A DNA stretch of 64,000 bases, from NCBI GenBank assembly GCA_963824495.1, contig CAWGPQ010000008.1, positions 64,001 to 128,000 on the forward strand, in the 5' to 3' direction. Both the position numbers and the translations under genes were made by a program. This document shows positions 20,606 to 31,004 of the stretch, piece by piece. Under the pieces are notes generated by a model, which saw only the letters and a program-made list of their open reading frames with translations, made no database searches and was not told the origin of the DNA. The stretch comes from an uncultured bacterium (GTDB lineage Bacteria; Babelota; Babeliae; Babelales; Babelaceae). Position 1 is the first letter of the stretch. Each line of letters starts with the position of its first letter.

Positions 20606-21391
20606 TTAAACGAAATCAAGTCTTTTTTTTAGGTTTCGCATTCCTAACACAAGAAAAAAACCAGAAAAAAACACTATTGCCAACAGGCATAACCAAAAGT
20701 TGATATAACCTGTTTGGCCTAACATTGCTGCTCGAACTGCTTCAGTTATATATATCATGGGATTTAAAAGACTTATCAACGCAACGGTTGGTAGTACATG
20801 ATAGAGTGCCATCCAGGAGAATTGAAAGCCACCCATAAACCACATGGGAAAAATAAATCTCGCCCATACGCTGCCCAATTTATTCATGCTAGAAATTATA
20901 CTGGAGGCCCATAAGACAAAACAGGCATAGAAAACACTTGAAAAAATCAAACTTAACAAAAGTTGAGCATAGAAGATTTGAGCAAGATCCATCTGCTTCC
21001 ATAAAACAAGCTTGCCAATAGGGAACATAAGAAGCGAAAGTAAAAAATACACGATAAAATAATAAGCTGCTTTACTTATGATTGCTAGCCATGATGGTAT
21101 GGGCAACGTCAGGCTATAGTTAATTACACGATCACCTTCAAAGTCTGAAACAAGATCTACAGCGTTTGCATAGAGCTCAAAGAGACCCGCTGATGCTAAT
21201 ACACCTGCTAATTGAAATGTACCGAAATCTGCTGATAAGCCAAAATATGGCATTATATAGCCCATAACTACTATAGTTAAGACTACCCAAATTGTTAGAT
21301 CTATAAATTTGTCAAAAAATACCTGTTTAAAGACCATAAGATCAGAATATATAAGCTCTTTAACCACGGTACCATAAAGTTTTTTATCCAT
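20606..21391 (-). CDS. ABC-2 type exporter permease
   Basis: About 6 TM segments, LNPMIYITEAVR; directly downstream of ABC ATPase. Confidence 0.88.
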   Translation of the reverse strand: MDKKLYGTVVKELIYSDLMVFKQVFFDKFIDLTIWVVLTIVVMGYIMPYFGLSADFGTFQLAGVLASAGLFELYANAVDLVSDFEGDRVINYSLTLPIPSWLAIISKAAYYFIVYFLLSLLMFPIGKLVLWKQMDLAQIFYAQLLLSLIFSSVFYACFVLWASSIISSMNKLGSVWARFIFPMWFMGGFQFSWMALYHVLPTVALISLLNPMIYITEAVRAAMLGQTGYINFWLCLLAIVFFSGFFLVLGMRNLKKRLDFV

Positions 21392-21415
21392 AAGTAAGTT
21401 CCAGGTAATATTACA

Positions 21416-22153
21416 TTAATTTTGGCCGGCTTTTAATAACTCGATAAACACATCTTCAAGATTTTTTTGTTTAAAATCTGACATAAGTTTATCAGGCGTA
21501 TCGATAAGTTTGATTTGACCCCTATCTAAAATACATACCCGATCAGAGAGCTTTTCTGCTTCATCAAGATAATGCGTTGTAAGCAAAACGGTTATGCCAT
21601 CTTTCTTCAGATCTTTGATCACATCCCACAAGTTTCTTCTGATATGTGGATCAAGACCAACGGTAGGTTCGTCCAAGATTATAAATTCGGGCTCATGTAT
21701 CAAGCTCCGAGCTATCATAAAGCGCTGTTTATAACCACCTGAAAGAACCGATGGTTTTTCGTGCAAGTATTTTTGCAACTCAAATTGCTTACTTAATCGA
21801 TCAATGCGAGTTTTACAATCCTGCTTTGAAAGTCCGTAAAACTTGCCAGCAAACATAAGATTTTGCTTGAGGGTTAACATAGTATTTAAATTAGGTTTTT
21901 GTGGACAATAACCTAATTTAAGCCTAAAAGCAGGAATATCTTTATAAATTGACTCTCCGTTATATTCAATATCACCTTCTGTTGCGGGATGTAGGGTCGC
22001 AATGATCGAAGACAATGTTGTTTTTCCTGCGCCATTAACACCCAGAAGACTTAAGATCTCGCCCTTATAGATAGCCAAATCTATGCCCTTTAAGACTTGA
22101 GATGTACCGTAACTTTTTTTAATATTTTTAACTTTTAATAAAATTTTTTGCAT
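21416..22153 (-). CDS. ABC exporter ATP-binding protein (DrrA/NodI-like)
   Basis: GVNGAGKTT, LSGGYKQR, ILDEPTVGLDP, LTTHYLDEAE. Confidence 0.93.
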   Translation of the reverse strand: MQKILLKVKNIKKSYGTSQVLKGIDLAIYKGEILSLLGVNGAGKTTLSSIIATLHPATEGDIEYNGESIYKDIPAFRLKLGYCPQKPNLNTMLTLKQNLMFAGKFYGLSKQDCKTRIDRLSKQFELQKYLHEKPSVLSGGYKQRFMIARSLIHEPEFIILDEPTVGLDPHIRRNLWDVIKDLKKDGITVLLTTHYLDEAEKLSDRVCILDRGQIKLIDTPDKLMSDFKQKNLEDVFIELLKAGQN

Positions 22154-22343
22154 AAGATCTCATAATAATCGCTATAATAATCGTTTGAGCGAAATTTTAA
22201 AAATCTCTTCGGACAAACACTGAACCTGTCTGTAACAAACAAAATTGTGTGCGATACTGGGCGATCAGAAACAGCTTAGTAACCACCTTTGGCACCAAAC
22301 TTGTTTTTGATTAAAGCCCCGATGTGACGTTAGACATTAGACG

Positions 22344-22373
22344 TTAGCTAAGAGAAGAAGTAGTGATGTTCAT
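22344..22373 (-). CDS. Putative 9-aa leader peptide MNITTSSLS
   Basis: Strong SD AAGGAG 6 nt before ATG, inside a long 5' region between the promoter and the ABC ATPase. Confidence 0.5.
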   Translation of the reverse strand: MNITTSSLS

Positions 22374-22423
22374 GGCTTTCTCCTTGAAATGTAAGCCAAC
22401 TTGAAGCAAACCTGAGATATATA

Positions 22424-22452
22424 CTTATAGGGTATTTTTGATTAAAAGTCAA
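22424..22452 (-). promoter_or_regulatory. Putative sigma70 promoter of the ABC operon
   Basis: TTGACT-17 nt-TATAAG. Confidence 0.55.
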
Positions 22453-22683
22453 TGGCAAACAGAGCAAACGAGACGAGCTTTCTTGGCCCCCCTTTTGTTA
22501 TTCTTGAATAACCTGGTATGCTTAACTTGTGTACAAATGGCATTACTATACAAAATTTATTTATCTGCCGGGGATTTTAATAACGGAAAATTTAATGCAT
22601 AAAACATAGGTAGTAAAGACTATACAAACCAAGGCATACTAAACCATGGTATACTCAATATCACTCTTACTTAAGGGGTTACT

Positions 22684-23634
22684 ATGAAGACGTACATCAA
22701 TTATTTCTTATATCTTCTCACCATTTCAACTATCTTTCAATCGAGAGCTACTGAAGCTTTAGAACCAGCTGATGTAAACGATCTCATTACTTTCTCTGTA
22801 GCATCTAAAGCCATCCCCAATAGCACTTATTATGATCCCATTATGCATAAGATGCGAACATCGCAAACAAGTTGTTCCGAAGAACCAAACTATAGCAGCA
22901 TTTCGCTTGGTCGCATCGCTGAAAATAAAAAGCAATTTGCAATCGAACGCTCAATCGTTGACTATGTAAAAAAAGGTGGTGCTGGTCTGGGAGTAATTTC
23001 AGCAGTTGTTTATGGAGCGCTACGTGCGGCCACTGGTGCACCGAGCCCTACGGGCCAACCGGTAGCTCCAGATAATAACCCTATTAAAATTCACAAACTC
23101 GCTCAACTTAGGGCTGGCCTGACTGCACTTGCAGGCTCTGCAGCAAGTACTATGGCAAGCACTATGGCAAGCTTTGTAGGCTACCGATGGCTTGATGAAT
23201 CGAGTCTTGCTCGTACCATGGTTGATACAGTAGTAGCAACGCCATCTCTTAAGTGGTATATTACTACTCATACTTCTTTTGATCAGTATGCTCAGGATAT
23301 TATTCGCTATGCTGCTGAATATCCTGAGCAGGTCGGCACTGGTCTCTATGGCTCACATGAGCCATTTCTAACAACATTCTATTTATTTATTAAGCACTTT
23401 GAAAGGGTTCTTGGCTATATTTCATACACCTTAGAAAATTTTCCTGATCAAGCAAAGCTTGAACGACAACGTGCAAAGTACGGCTTCGATAAGCTTATAC
23501 GGTTAGGACATGACTTAAGCTTGGCTGCTAATAGACTCTTAAGCGATATTCCTGAGCAATCGGCTGGTATAGAATCACTTGTTACCGCTATTCGAGCAGA
23601 GGTAACATCATTTTCAGCACTTGAGAAACAATAA
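22684..23634 (+). CDS. Hypothetical secreted/membrane protein, paralog of next gene
   Basis: Signal-like N-terminus, two Gly/Ala-rich hydrophobic segments, TTHT..LGY..LERQR motifs. Confidence 0.75.
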   Translation: MKTYINYFLYLLTISTIFQSRATEALEPADVNDLITFSVASKAIPNSTYYDPIMHKMRTSQTSCSEEPNYSSISLGRIAENKKQFAIERSIVDYVKKGGAGLGVISAVVYGALRAATGAPSPTGQPVAPDNNPIKIHKLAQLRAGLTALAGSAASTMASTMASFVGYRWLDESSLARTMVDTVVATPSLKWYITTHTSFDQYAQDIIRYAAEYPEQVGTGLYGSHEPFLTTFYLFIKHFERVLGYISYTLENFPDQAKLERQRAKYGFDKLIRLGHDLSLAANRLLSDIPEQSAGIESLVTAIRAEVTSFSALEKQ

Positions 23635-23651
23635 TAATACGGAGAATTTTT

Positions 23652-24734
23652 ATGATCGTTCCGCGCGACAGATTTCTACATGTTTTATTAACCATAGGAA
23701 TGAGTAGTACGCTTCTGCTTCGATCTCAAGCTCCTGAAGCTCTTGAAGCATGGGAAGAAATTCAAACTGCGCCACAAGCAGAGCTTATGGAAATAACACA
23801 TGACCCTCGTACTGAGCTTCTTGAGATTTCTGACGAGCGTATCACACAAGCAAAAAACGATTATAGCACCGAGCTTTATTGGAATGCAGCTCAAGATTAT
23901 GGGCTTAAAGTTGCTACAGTAGGTGTCCTTCTAGGTGCTCTCTATTACTATAAATATGGTGTTCCCCAGTGGCTCAGTAAGAGCTTGCCTACAGGCCCGC
24001 AGTTATCCATACAAGAAAGGATAGCTACCCTAGAGAGGAGCGTAGCAGATCTAAGCCCTGCCGTGATAAAATTATCTAGCACACAAGCAAATCCAGCAGA
24101 GCCTGGAAGTGCTATAGCTAAGCCTCATGTGCTTTGGCGTGCCGGCAAAGCTATGATCAACGTTCCGGTAGTAGTAGGCAAGCAGGTACTATTGAGTATG
24201 GGGTGCCTTGCTGGGAGTTTTGTAGGCGCCGATATCGTGAGTAAAATATACCCTCGGACACAAACAAAAAATCCCTTTATTCAATTTATGACTACGCATA
24301 CATTTTTTTTACAAACTATAGAGCAGCTGCAACATTACGCAAAGGCGTACGAGCATTATCACACCAATCCAAAGCTTGGACCACTGAGCAAAAATAATCT
24401 TATAACCGTTTATAATATGCTTATTCAAGATATCGAAAAAGCACTTGGCTACATGGCACATAAGCATGATACCACAAGCATTCAAGCAGATCTTGAACGT
24501 CAACGTATCGAAATGAGCAGTATCACCATTCGAGAGATAACGTCTTATTTTCATGACACGCTCATCAAAGCCCTTGAATCGCATGAGTCAAAGGACGCAT
24601 CGAGCGTTACAACGATCTCGTTTGTTGCTGCAGGATTTGTGTCACAGCTTCAAAAAGAAATTATACATATGGCTCAACTTGAAGCTCATAGTGGCTTAAT
24701 TTTAGGTGATGTCAATGAGCAGCAAGGGGTTTAG
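23652..24734 (+). CDS. Hypothetical secreted/membrane protein, paralog of previous gene
   Basis: Same layout and TTHT..LGY..LERQR motifs. Confidence 0.75.
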   Translation: MIVPRDRFLHVLLTIGMSSTLLLRSQAPEALEAWEEIQTAPQAELMEITHDPRTELLEISDERITQAKNDYSTELYWNAAQDYGLKVATVGVLLGALYYYKYGVPQWLSKSLPTGPQLSIQERIATLERSVADLSPAVIKLSSTQANPAEPGSAIAKPHVLWRAGKAMINVPVVVGKQVLLSMGCLAGSFVGADIVSKIYPRTQTKNPFIQFMTTHTFFLQTIEQLQHYAKAYEHYHTNPKLGPLSKNNLITVYNMLIQDIEKALGYMAHKHDTTSIQADLERQRIEMSSITIREITSYFHDTLIKALESHESKDASSVTTISFVAAGFVSQLQKEIIHMAQLEAHSGLILGDVNEQQGV

Positions 24735-24796
24735 TTAGTCTTTTCTTGCGGCTACCGGGACATAGCTGGTCCTGAATTGACTGCACAAGGTACACC

Positions 24797-25285
24797 CTAA
24801 TCTCCAACAATATAAGCGCCATCGGTCGCAACTATTATCTCACGACTTGAGCACCTATCAACCACTTCGCTTATAGGTGCCGCCAAGCCAGCGCCGGCTG
24901 CAAGTAGAAGGGCCAAGCCGCCACCAAACACTGGCTGGCCTATCATGCTAAAGGCAATGCCATTTGCAAGTAGCATTAGAAGCATGCCATCAATTGTATC
25001 CCGTTGGCGTTGCGTTATAGCCTTGAAAGACACATCTTTTCCGTTTACTTGAATCCCACTGATGCAGCAATCTTCTTGCCACCCTTTTACGGTTATAGGA
25101 GATTTATTTGCACCCCCATCAATATGTTTTGTAGGATTTTTTCCAGCACATGCTGCAAGCTTAATGGTAATATCTGCGTCTTTACCAAGTCCATTTGTTA
25201 TGTACCAAGTTCGGGCACCACAATAATGACTAGAACTCGTAAGAAATAAGATACCAAGTACCCTAATCATATATTTTATTAACAT
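24797..25285 (-). CDS. Small secreted Cys-containing protein with hydrophobic insert
   Basis: Signal peptide; WYITN..LAAC..CCISGI resembles the 33018/33678 pair. Confidence 0.7.
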   Translation of the reverse strand: MLIKYMIRVLGILFLTSSSHYCGARTWYITNGLGKDADITIKLAACAGKNPTKHIDGGANKSPITVKGWQEDCCISGIQVNGKDVSFKAITQRQRDTIDGMLLMLLANGIAFSMIGQPVFGGGLALLLAAGAGLAAPISEVVDRCSSREIIVATDGAYIVGD

Positions 25286-25484
25286 TTCGCCTCCTATTTT
25301 TGATTATCAATAATAACTTCTGTAATAATTTTATAATAGGAATTATTGAAATGTCAAGAGTGAGGCAAAAGCATTCGCCAAAAACAGTACTAGCCTTACG
25401 TAGCAGATAGTCGGTCGCGTTGAAAGTCTAAGGTATAAGTTGATAATAAGCCCTAACACAAGCTTAAGGTATTAGCATCATGCT

Positions 25485-25580
25485 TTAGTTGCGCAATTTT
25501 TCGTTAACAAGATCGTTTTTAAGCTGATGCCCCGCCTTGCAGCTTCTACTGCTAGATTAGCATGTATATTAGGCGAGCAG
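25485..25580 (-). pseudogene. Remnant of a HicB-like antitoxin ribbon-helix-helix C-terminus
   Basis: Manual translation SPNIHANLAVEAARRGISL / NDLVNEKLRN* with one frameshift in an A-run. Confidence 0.6.
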
Positions 25581-25680
25581 AGGAATCACTATAGTTTTTA
25601 ACGCTTTCGACAAAGGCTTTATAGCAAGCTATACTAAGATATATATTGATTATTAATTTTTTTACGGATAATTCTAATCT

Positions 25681-28113
25681 ATGTCTACGTCTACTGAAAC
25701 CCAATCATTAACGCCGTTAATGCGGCAATATTACGATATTAAGAAGCGCTATCCTGACACACTGTTATTATTTCAAGTAGGTGATTTTTACGAACTTTTC
25801 TTTGATGACGCTCATAAAGCTTCGGCATTTTTAGGTATAGCTCTTACCAAGCGAGGATTCCAGGGCAATGAACCTATTCCACTTTGTGGTGTTCCGGTTC
25901 ATGCTATTGATCATTATGTGCTGAAACTTGTTCGTGGTGGTTTCCGTGTAGCTCTGTGTGATCAACTCACTCCGGCACAGACAGGTAAAATGATTGAGCG
26001 GGGAGTTACCTATGTACTAACGCCAGGAACATTAACTGATCTTAAGCTCCTGAACGAAAAAACTGCTTCGTATTTAGCAGCAGTATTTCCAACAGAAGAT
26101 AGCTACGGGCTAGTGTTTGCTGAAATCCTAACCGGTCAGCTCTATGCAACTATCGTTTCACGGGCAGAAGAGAAACTCTTCGAAGCTGAATTAAGCCGTT
26201 TTTTGCCGGATGAAATAATTATTCCCGATACCAAGTTAGGCAAGCAGCTTGACGTATTTCTTAAGCGCTTGGGCTATGTTATCACGGTACAGCCCTTTGC
26301 TGTAACATCACGTGATCATAATGAGCACTTAGGCGAATGGCTCAAGAGACAGTTTCCCGAATCATCGCTTTCGTTTGTCAATCAATCGTCAACTGCTCAA
26401 GCAGCATTGTCACTCGTGTATTCGTTTCTAAGAATTAATCAAGAACGTGCATTACATAACTTTAAGCAACTTTTTACCTATAGCCCTGACGACTTTCTTT
26501 TACTTGATGCAGCAACTCAAAAAAATTTAGAGCTCGTAAAAAATGCTCACGACGGCAGTAGTGCGCATACCCTTTTTTCTATACTTGACGCTGCAACAAC
26601 AGCTATGGGCTCACGGCTTATTAAAAAATGGCTCTTGCGTCCCTTGCTCAAAAAAGAAGCCATAGAGCAACGCCTGAGTGCCGTTGAATCTCTTGTTACT
26701 CAGCCATTACTTGTCGACAGTATTAACGTATCATTGCGTGACATAGGAGATCTGGAACGCATAGTTGGTCGCATTGCATTACGACGAGCACACTTATATG
26801 ATTATACTGCTTTATTGCGTGCTTTAAGCACCTTGCCTCAGCTGAAACAAGATCTTATAGTGGTGCAGCACGTAGAGTTGCTCGGTTTAGTTGCATCACG
26901 CTTGGGTGATTTTAGTTTTTTGCATGACCTGCTTTCGCGTTCGCTTAACCTGGATACTGCTAAAGATTGGAAAATACAAGCCGGCTTCAGCCCAGAACTG
27001 GATCGCTTACGCATGCTTATTGAGCAAGCAGCCCAAGCAATTCTCGAGCTTGAACGCAAAGAGCAGCAGGCGACCGGAATAGCATCACTTAAAATTCGTT
27101 ATAGTAAAGCACACGGCTACGGCATCGAAGTTACTAAAGCAAATCTCAGCGCTGTGCCTGAACGCTATACACGGCTTCAAACGCTCACAAACCGTGAGCG
27201 CTTCACAACGCAAGAACTTAAAGATTTAGAATACGATCTTAATCGGGCTCATACTGATATTAACGAGGTAGAAAAACAGATATTTGAAGCAGTATGCCAA
27301 CATGTTGAAGCTGCAATCAGTCCCTTAAAAAAACTTGCTCAAGCTCTTGCGCATCTTGATGCTTTGATGAGCTTGGCGAAAGTAGCATATACCCATAACT
27401 ATACGCGTCCCCACTTTAATGATGAGCATAATATTATTATTAAAGAAGGCTATCACCCGGTTGTTCACGCTGAGATCAAGCACCACTTTATCCCTAACGA
27501 TACGAGACTTACTGATAATGAAACGCTCTGGATTATTACCGGCCCTAATATGGGAGGCAAATCGACCTATCTTCGCCAAGTTGCCCTCATAGCTCTCATG
27601 GCACAAGCAGGATCATTTGTTCCAGCACGTAGCGCAGACCTTTTTATACTTGATCGTATTTTTACGCGTATTGGCGCTGGTGACAATGTCGCCCAAGGCA
27701 AAAGTACATTTCTTGTTGAAATGGAAGAAACAGCGCTTATTTGTACCCAGGCAACCCGTAATAGTCTTGTGATTTTAGACGAAGTTGGTCGAGGCACGAG
27801 TACCTATGACGGATTAGCTATCGCTCAAGCGGTAGTTGAATACATCTATAGTCACATCAAAGCACGCTGTCTATTTGCTACACACTATCACGAACTTACG
27901 CAGCTCACGCTTTCACATCGTGGAATTGTCGCATACCATACAGCAAGCAAGCAGACTCCTGAGGGTATCGTTCTTTTGCACAAAATTATGAAAGGCAATG
28001 CCCAGGGCAGTTTTGGTATTGAAGTTGCGCGGCAAGCAAACTTGCCTGCACCTATTATTCAGCGATCACAAGAGATTCTTAAAAGCCTTACGGCAAGTCG
28101 CGCTGCTTCGTAA
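25681..28113 (+). CDS. mutS: DNA mismatch repair protein MutS
   Basis: TPLMRQY, GDFYELF, TGPNMGGKSTYLRQ, STFLVEM, DEVGRGTS, FATHYHEL. Confidence 0.97.
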   Translation: MSTSTETQSLTPLMRQYYDIKKRYPDTLLLFQVGDFYELFFDDAHKASAFLGIALTKRGFQGNEPIPLCGVPVHAIDHYVLKLVRGGFRVALCDQLTPAQTGKMIERGVTYVLTPGTLTDLKLLNEKTASYLAAVFPTEDSYGLVFAEILTGQLYATIVSRAEEKLFEAELSRFLPDEIIIPDTKLGKQLDVFLKRLGYVITVQPFAVTSRDHNEHLGEWLKRQFPESSLSFVNQSSTAQAALSLVYSFLRINQERALHNFKQLFTYSPDDFLLLDAATQKNLELVKNAHDGSSAHTLFSILDAATTAMGSRLIKKWLLRPLLKKEAIEQRLSAVESLVTQPLLVDSINVSLRDIGDLERIVGRIALRRAHLYDYTALLRALSTLPQLKQDLIVVQHVELLGLVASRLGDFSFLHDLLSRSLNLDTAKDWKIQAGFSPELDRLRMLIEQAAQAILELERKEQQATGIASLKIRYSKAHGYGIEVTKANLSAVPERYTRLQTLTNRERFTTQELKDLEYDLNRAHTDINEVEKQIFEAVCQHVEAAISPLKKLAQALAHLDALMSLAKVAYTHNYTRPHFNDEHNIIIKEGYHPVVHAEIKHHFIPNDTRLTDNETLWIITGPNMGGKSTYLRQVALIALMAQAGSFVPARSADLFILDRIFTRIGAGDNVAQGKSTFLVEMEETALICTQATRNSLVILDEVGRGTSTYDGLAIAQAVVEYIYSHIKARCLFATHYHELTQLTLSHRGIVAYHTASKQTPEGIVLLHKIMKGNAQGSFGIEVARQANLPAPIIQRSQEILKSLTASRAAS

Positions 28114-28143
28114 TCACAATAATTCATGTATAGAGTATCAAGC

Positions 28144-29208
28144 TTAAGAAGGTGACCCTGTTTGAGGTATATATCCAGGAGCCAGAGCATACTGGGCAAT
28201 TTGTCGAGCAACATCGGGTGGAAGAAGCTCACATGTAGGTGTTGACTGCCAGGCAAACCCTCCTGCGCGACCGGCTCTTGATAACCTACCAAATACAGCA
28301 ATACCAGCTTCTCTTTGTAATAAGTCAACAATAGCAGAACGATGATATTGGCGAGCAAGAGTTAGGGGTGACCCACCATACCGATTAACAAGAGTACCTT
28401 GAGCACCACATGCAACCAAAAGTTTAACAGTGCTCAAATTGTCATTGCAAGCAGCTACGTGTAACGGTGTGTTGCCATCCTCATCTTGTGCATCAATATC
28501 AAAGTCATGATTAAGCAACAGCCTTACTATAGCATCGTTGCCCTGAGCGACAGCCCAATGTAATGCTGTTTTACTAGCTTGATCTGTATTATATGCTTGT
28601 GGAGCTTGATCTACAAGCTCACCAATGCTCTTAGTATTGCCAAGAATAACCTCTACGATAGAGTCATTGTCAATTAATTTCCTGAGTATACCCCTGATTT
28701 TTTGAATGGGTTGTGAAATAGAAGGTAGTTTTGCTCCATGTTCTATAAGCAATCTAACTGTTTCTGTCTTTCCGTAATCAGCTGCCAACCAAAGAGCAGT
28801 ATCGCCATTATTATTAGTGTGATTAATATCAGCGCCTGCTTCTATAAGCATTCTCGCTATTTCTGTATGTCCCCAAAGAGCTGCCAAAATAAGAGCAGTA
28901 TCGCCATGCCTATCGGCCTGATTAACATTTGCGCTATGTTCTATAAGTATTCTAACCACTTCTGCATGTCTGGCTGCAAACATGCAAGCAGTCCAACCAC
29001 CCATATCGGTACAGTTAACATCAGCACCTGCGCTAAGAGCATCTTTTACCGCTGTAAGGTTGCCCTCATCGGCGGCTTGAACTAGCACGTCGTTAGGATG
29101 ACGACCTGCTTGCTCAAGCATCATGCATTCTAATGGCACAGTATGAGCCAGCCATAGTCCCACAGCAAGCACTGATACAATATGTAATTTTGTAATAATT
29201 TTAATCAC
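28144..29208 (-). CDS. Secreted ankyrin-repeat protein with F-box-like C-terminal motif
   Basis: Likely GTG start at 29208 after GAGG; signal ..PLEC|MMLE; multiple ANK repeats; LPPDVARQIAQY. Confidence 0.85.
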   Translation of the reverse strand: MIKIITKLHIVSVLAVGLWLAHTVPLECMMLEQAGRHPNDVLVQAADEGNLTAVKDALSAGADVNCTDMGGWTACMFAARHAEVVRILIEHSANVNQADRHGDTALILAALWGHTEIARMLIEAGADINHTNNNGDTALWLAADYGKTETVRLLIEHGAKLPSISQPIQKIRGILRKLIDNDSIVEVILGNTKSIGELVDQAPQAYNTDQASKTALHWAVAQGNDAIVRLLLNHDFDIDAQDEDGNTPLHVAACNDNLSTVKLLVACGAQGTLVNRYGGSPLTLARQYHRSAIVDLLQREAGIAVFGRLSRAGRAGGFAWQSTPTCELLPPDVARQIAQYALAPGYIPQTGSPS

Positions 29209-29356
29209 AGAATAAGCCTCGATTAATTTTAAATAATATCTATTTTTAATTAATAATATAGGTGCAATTAAGAAAGTCAAGAAATTACATCTTAATGCGC
29301 TCGTCTACATACATCAATCGCACTGAAGTCGTCCGGAAGCTGTGCTCGTCTGCTTG

Positions 29357-30052
29357 TTAACTGAGCTGGATTCGCTCAATGATTGCTTGCATAATTTTAT
29401 AATACTGTTCGGCATCCTGGCTAATTTCTTGTGCAAGCGCAATATCATATGCATGAGCAGACAAATTTCTCATGTCTATCATATCAATAAGATTTTTGTA
29501 TTCATCGGGCGCAAGCAGTTCAAGATCAAAGCAGCTTTTTAATACGCTTTTTGGGCTTGCAATAGGCTCTATACCATGCTTTTTGTTCAAATATTCTTTC
29601 AAAAACCTCCAGAATGTATCCGCTGCATATTCAAAGCGCTTAATCACGCCATCACGAAGCTCTTCGTAGTAATAATCTGATGACTTATATTGATTAAGCT
29701 TAGACAAAGCACCACCAAGAGCAGCTAAAATTTTTATTAATGTCGTATGGCGAAGCGTTAATCCGCCAATAACATCTTCTTGAGCAAGTATTTCACGCAT
29801 TTCTTCGGGTATAGCGTTAAGATCAAGCACATTGATTTTAAAAGGTATGTGTGAAGCGTTAAGCATGTCACGTATCTCACCAACATCACGTCGTGGCAAC
29901 TTTCTGCCTGCATCAAGAGCAACATCTATATCTGGTCTTTCTACGTGAGCACCATGAGTTCGTGCTATAAATAGATACACACGTATATCTGGTATAAGTG
30001 CCTTAATAACCCGTACAATTTTTTGTTGAGTACCTTCATCAATATGCACCAT
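29357..30052 (-). CDS. Fused minimal nucleotidyltransferase (MNT) and HEPN (HI0074-like) protein
   Basis: Likely ATG 30052 after AGGA; VYLFIART.G....PDIDVALD; RDGVIKRFEY, SPKSVLK, RNLSAHAYD. Confidence 0.88.
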   Translation of the reverse strand: MVHIDEGTQQKIVRVIKALIPDIRVYLFIARTHGAHVERPDIDVALDAGRKLPRRDVGEIRDMLNASHIPFKINVLDLNAIPEEMREILAQEDVIGGLTLRHTTLIKILAALGGALSKLNQYKSSDYYYEELRDGVIKRFEYAADTFWRFLKEYLNKKHGIEPIASPKSVLKSCFDLELLAPDEYKNLIDMIDMRNLSAHAYDIALAQEISQDAEQYYKIMQAIIERIQLS

Positions 30053-30246
30053 GACGTTTCCTAGCTTATCATATCTTAGGTAATCTATTAATAATATTAA
30101 TAGTAGCATATACCTGGGCTTGTTATCTAGAAGAATTATTAAAAGATATACTACTGTTGCCGAAAGCAATAAGAACCTGTTAGTATACTCGTGGTGATAG
30201 TTAAAGAAAATCAACCGATAAACAATATGTAAATAAGGAGCCTACT

Positions 30247-30849
30247 ATGACACGTACTTCTACTAATTATGATAATCATGAAGTATCGCCAAGCTTGACA
30301 GCCCGCTTACACCAGTTAGCAGACAACTGGGGTTGGTATCTTGCCCTAGGGATTGCGCTTATTCTTACGGGCATTGTAGCTATTACGTTCCCCTGGATAA
30401 CCACGGTTGTTTCTGTTGTCTACTTTGGTAGCCTCCTCATAGTTGGAGGCGGCATTGAGATTATACGAGCCTTTCGCATGAGCAAATGGGGTTCGTTTCT
30501 GCTGCACTTGCTTTTGGGTATTCTATATTTTGTCGCTGGGTTTGTCATACTGGTACATCCTCAGATAAACGCTCTCAGTTTAACACTCTTGCTTGCAGCA
30601 TTTTTTATAGCAGCTGGCTTGTTTAGGATTGTATCGGCCCTAACCGTACCTGTACCACAATGGGGTTGGGTATTATTTAACGGAATCGTTACCGTTATTC
30701 TAGGGTTTCTTATCTGGAGACAGTGGCCAATTTCTGGATTATGGGCAATTGGTCTTTTTGTGGGTGTAGAAATGATTGTTAGCGGTTGGGTCTCGGTTCT
30801 TCTTGCAGTTCAAGCACGGCGCTTAAAAAATCGCTTAGCAATAGATTAA
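30247..30849 (+). CDS. HdeD/DUF308 family membrane protein
   Basis: NWGWYLALG start, 6 TM segments, QWPISGLWAIGLFVGVEMI. Confidence 0.88.
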   Translation: MTRTSTNYDNHEVSPSLTARLHQLADNWGWYLALGIALILTGIVAITFPWITTVVSVVYFGSLLIVGGGIEIIRAFRMSKWGSFLLHLLLGILYFVAGFVILVHPQINALSLTLLLAAFFIAAGLFRIVSALTVPVPQWGWVLFNGIVTVILGFLIWRQWPISGLWAIGLFVGVEMIVSGWVSVLLAVQARRLKNRLAID

Positions 30850-31004
30850 AAACTTTGTTACGCCTTGATCACTTATAAATCTAAATATTTATAACTTTAT
30901 ATTTTTATTGCTATCTGAATTATAGTTATGCTATCTTTATCTTTAGAGAGCACGTTAAGCGTGCTTTCGGGGACTCTGATATAACTATACTAGGAAGATA
31001 TGCA

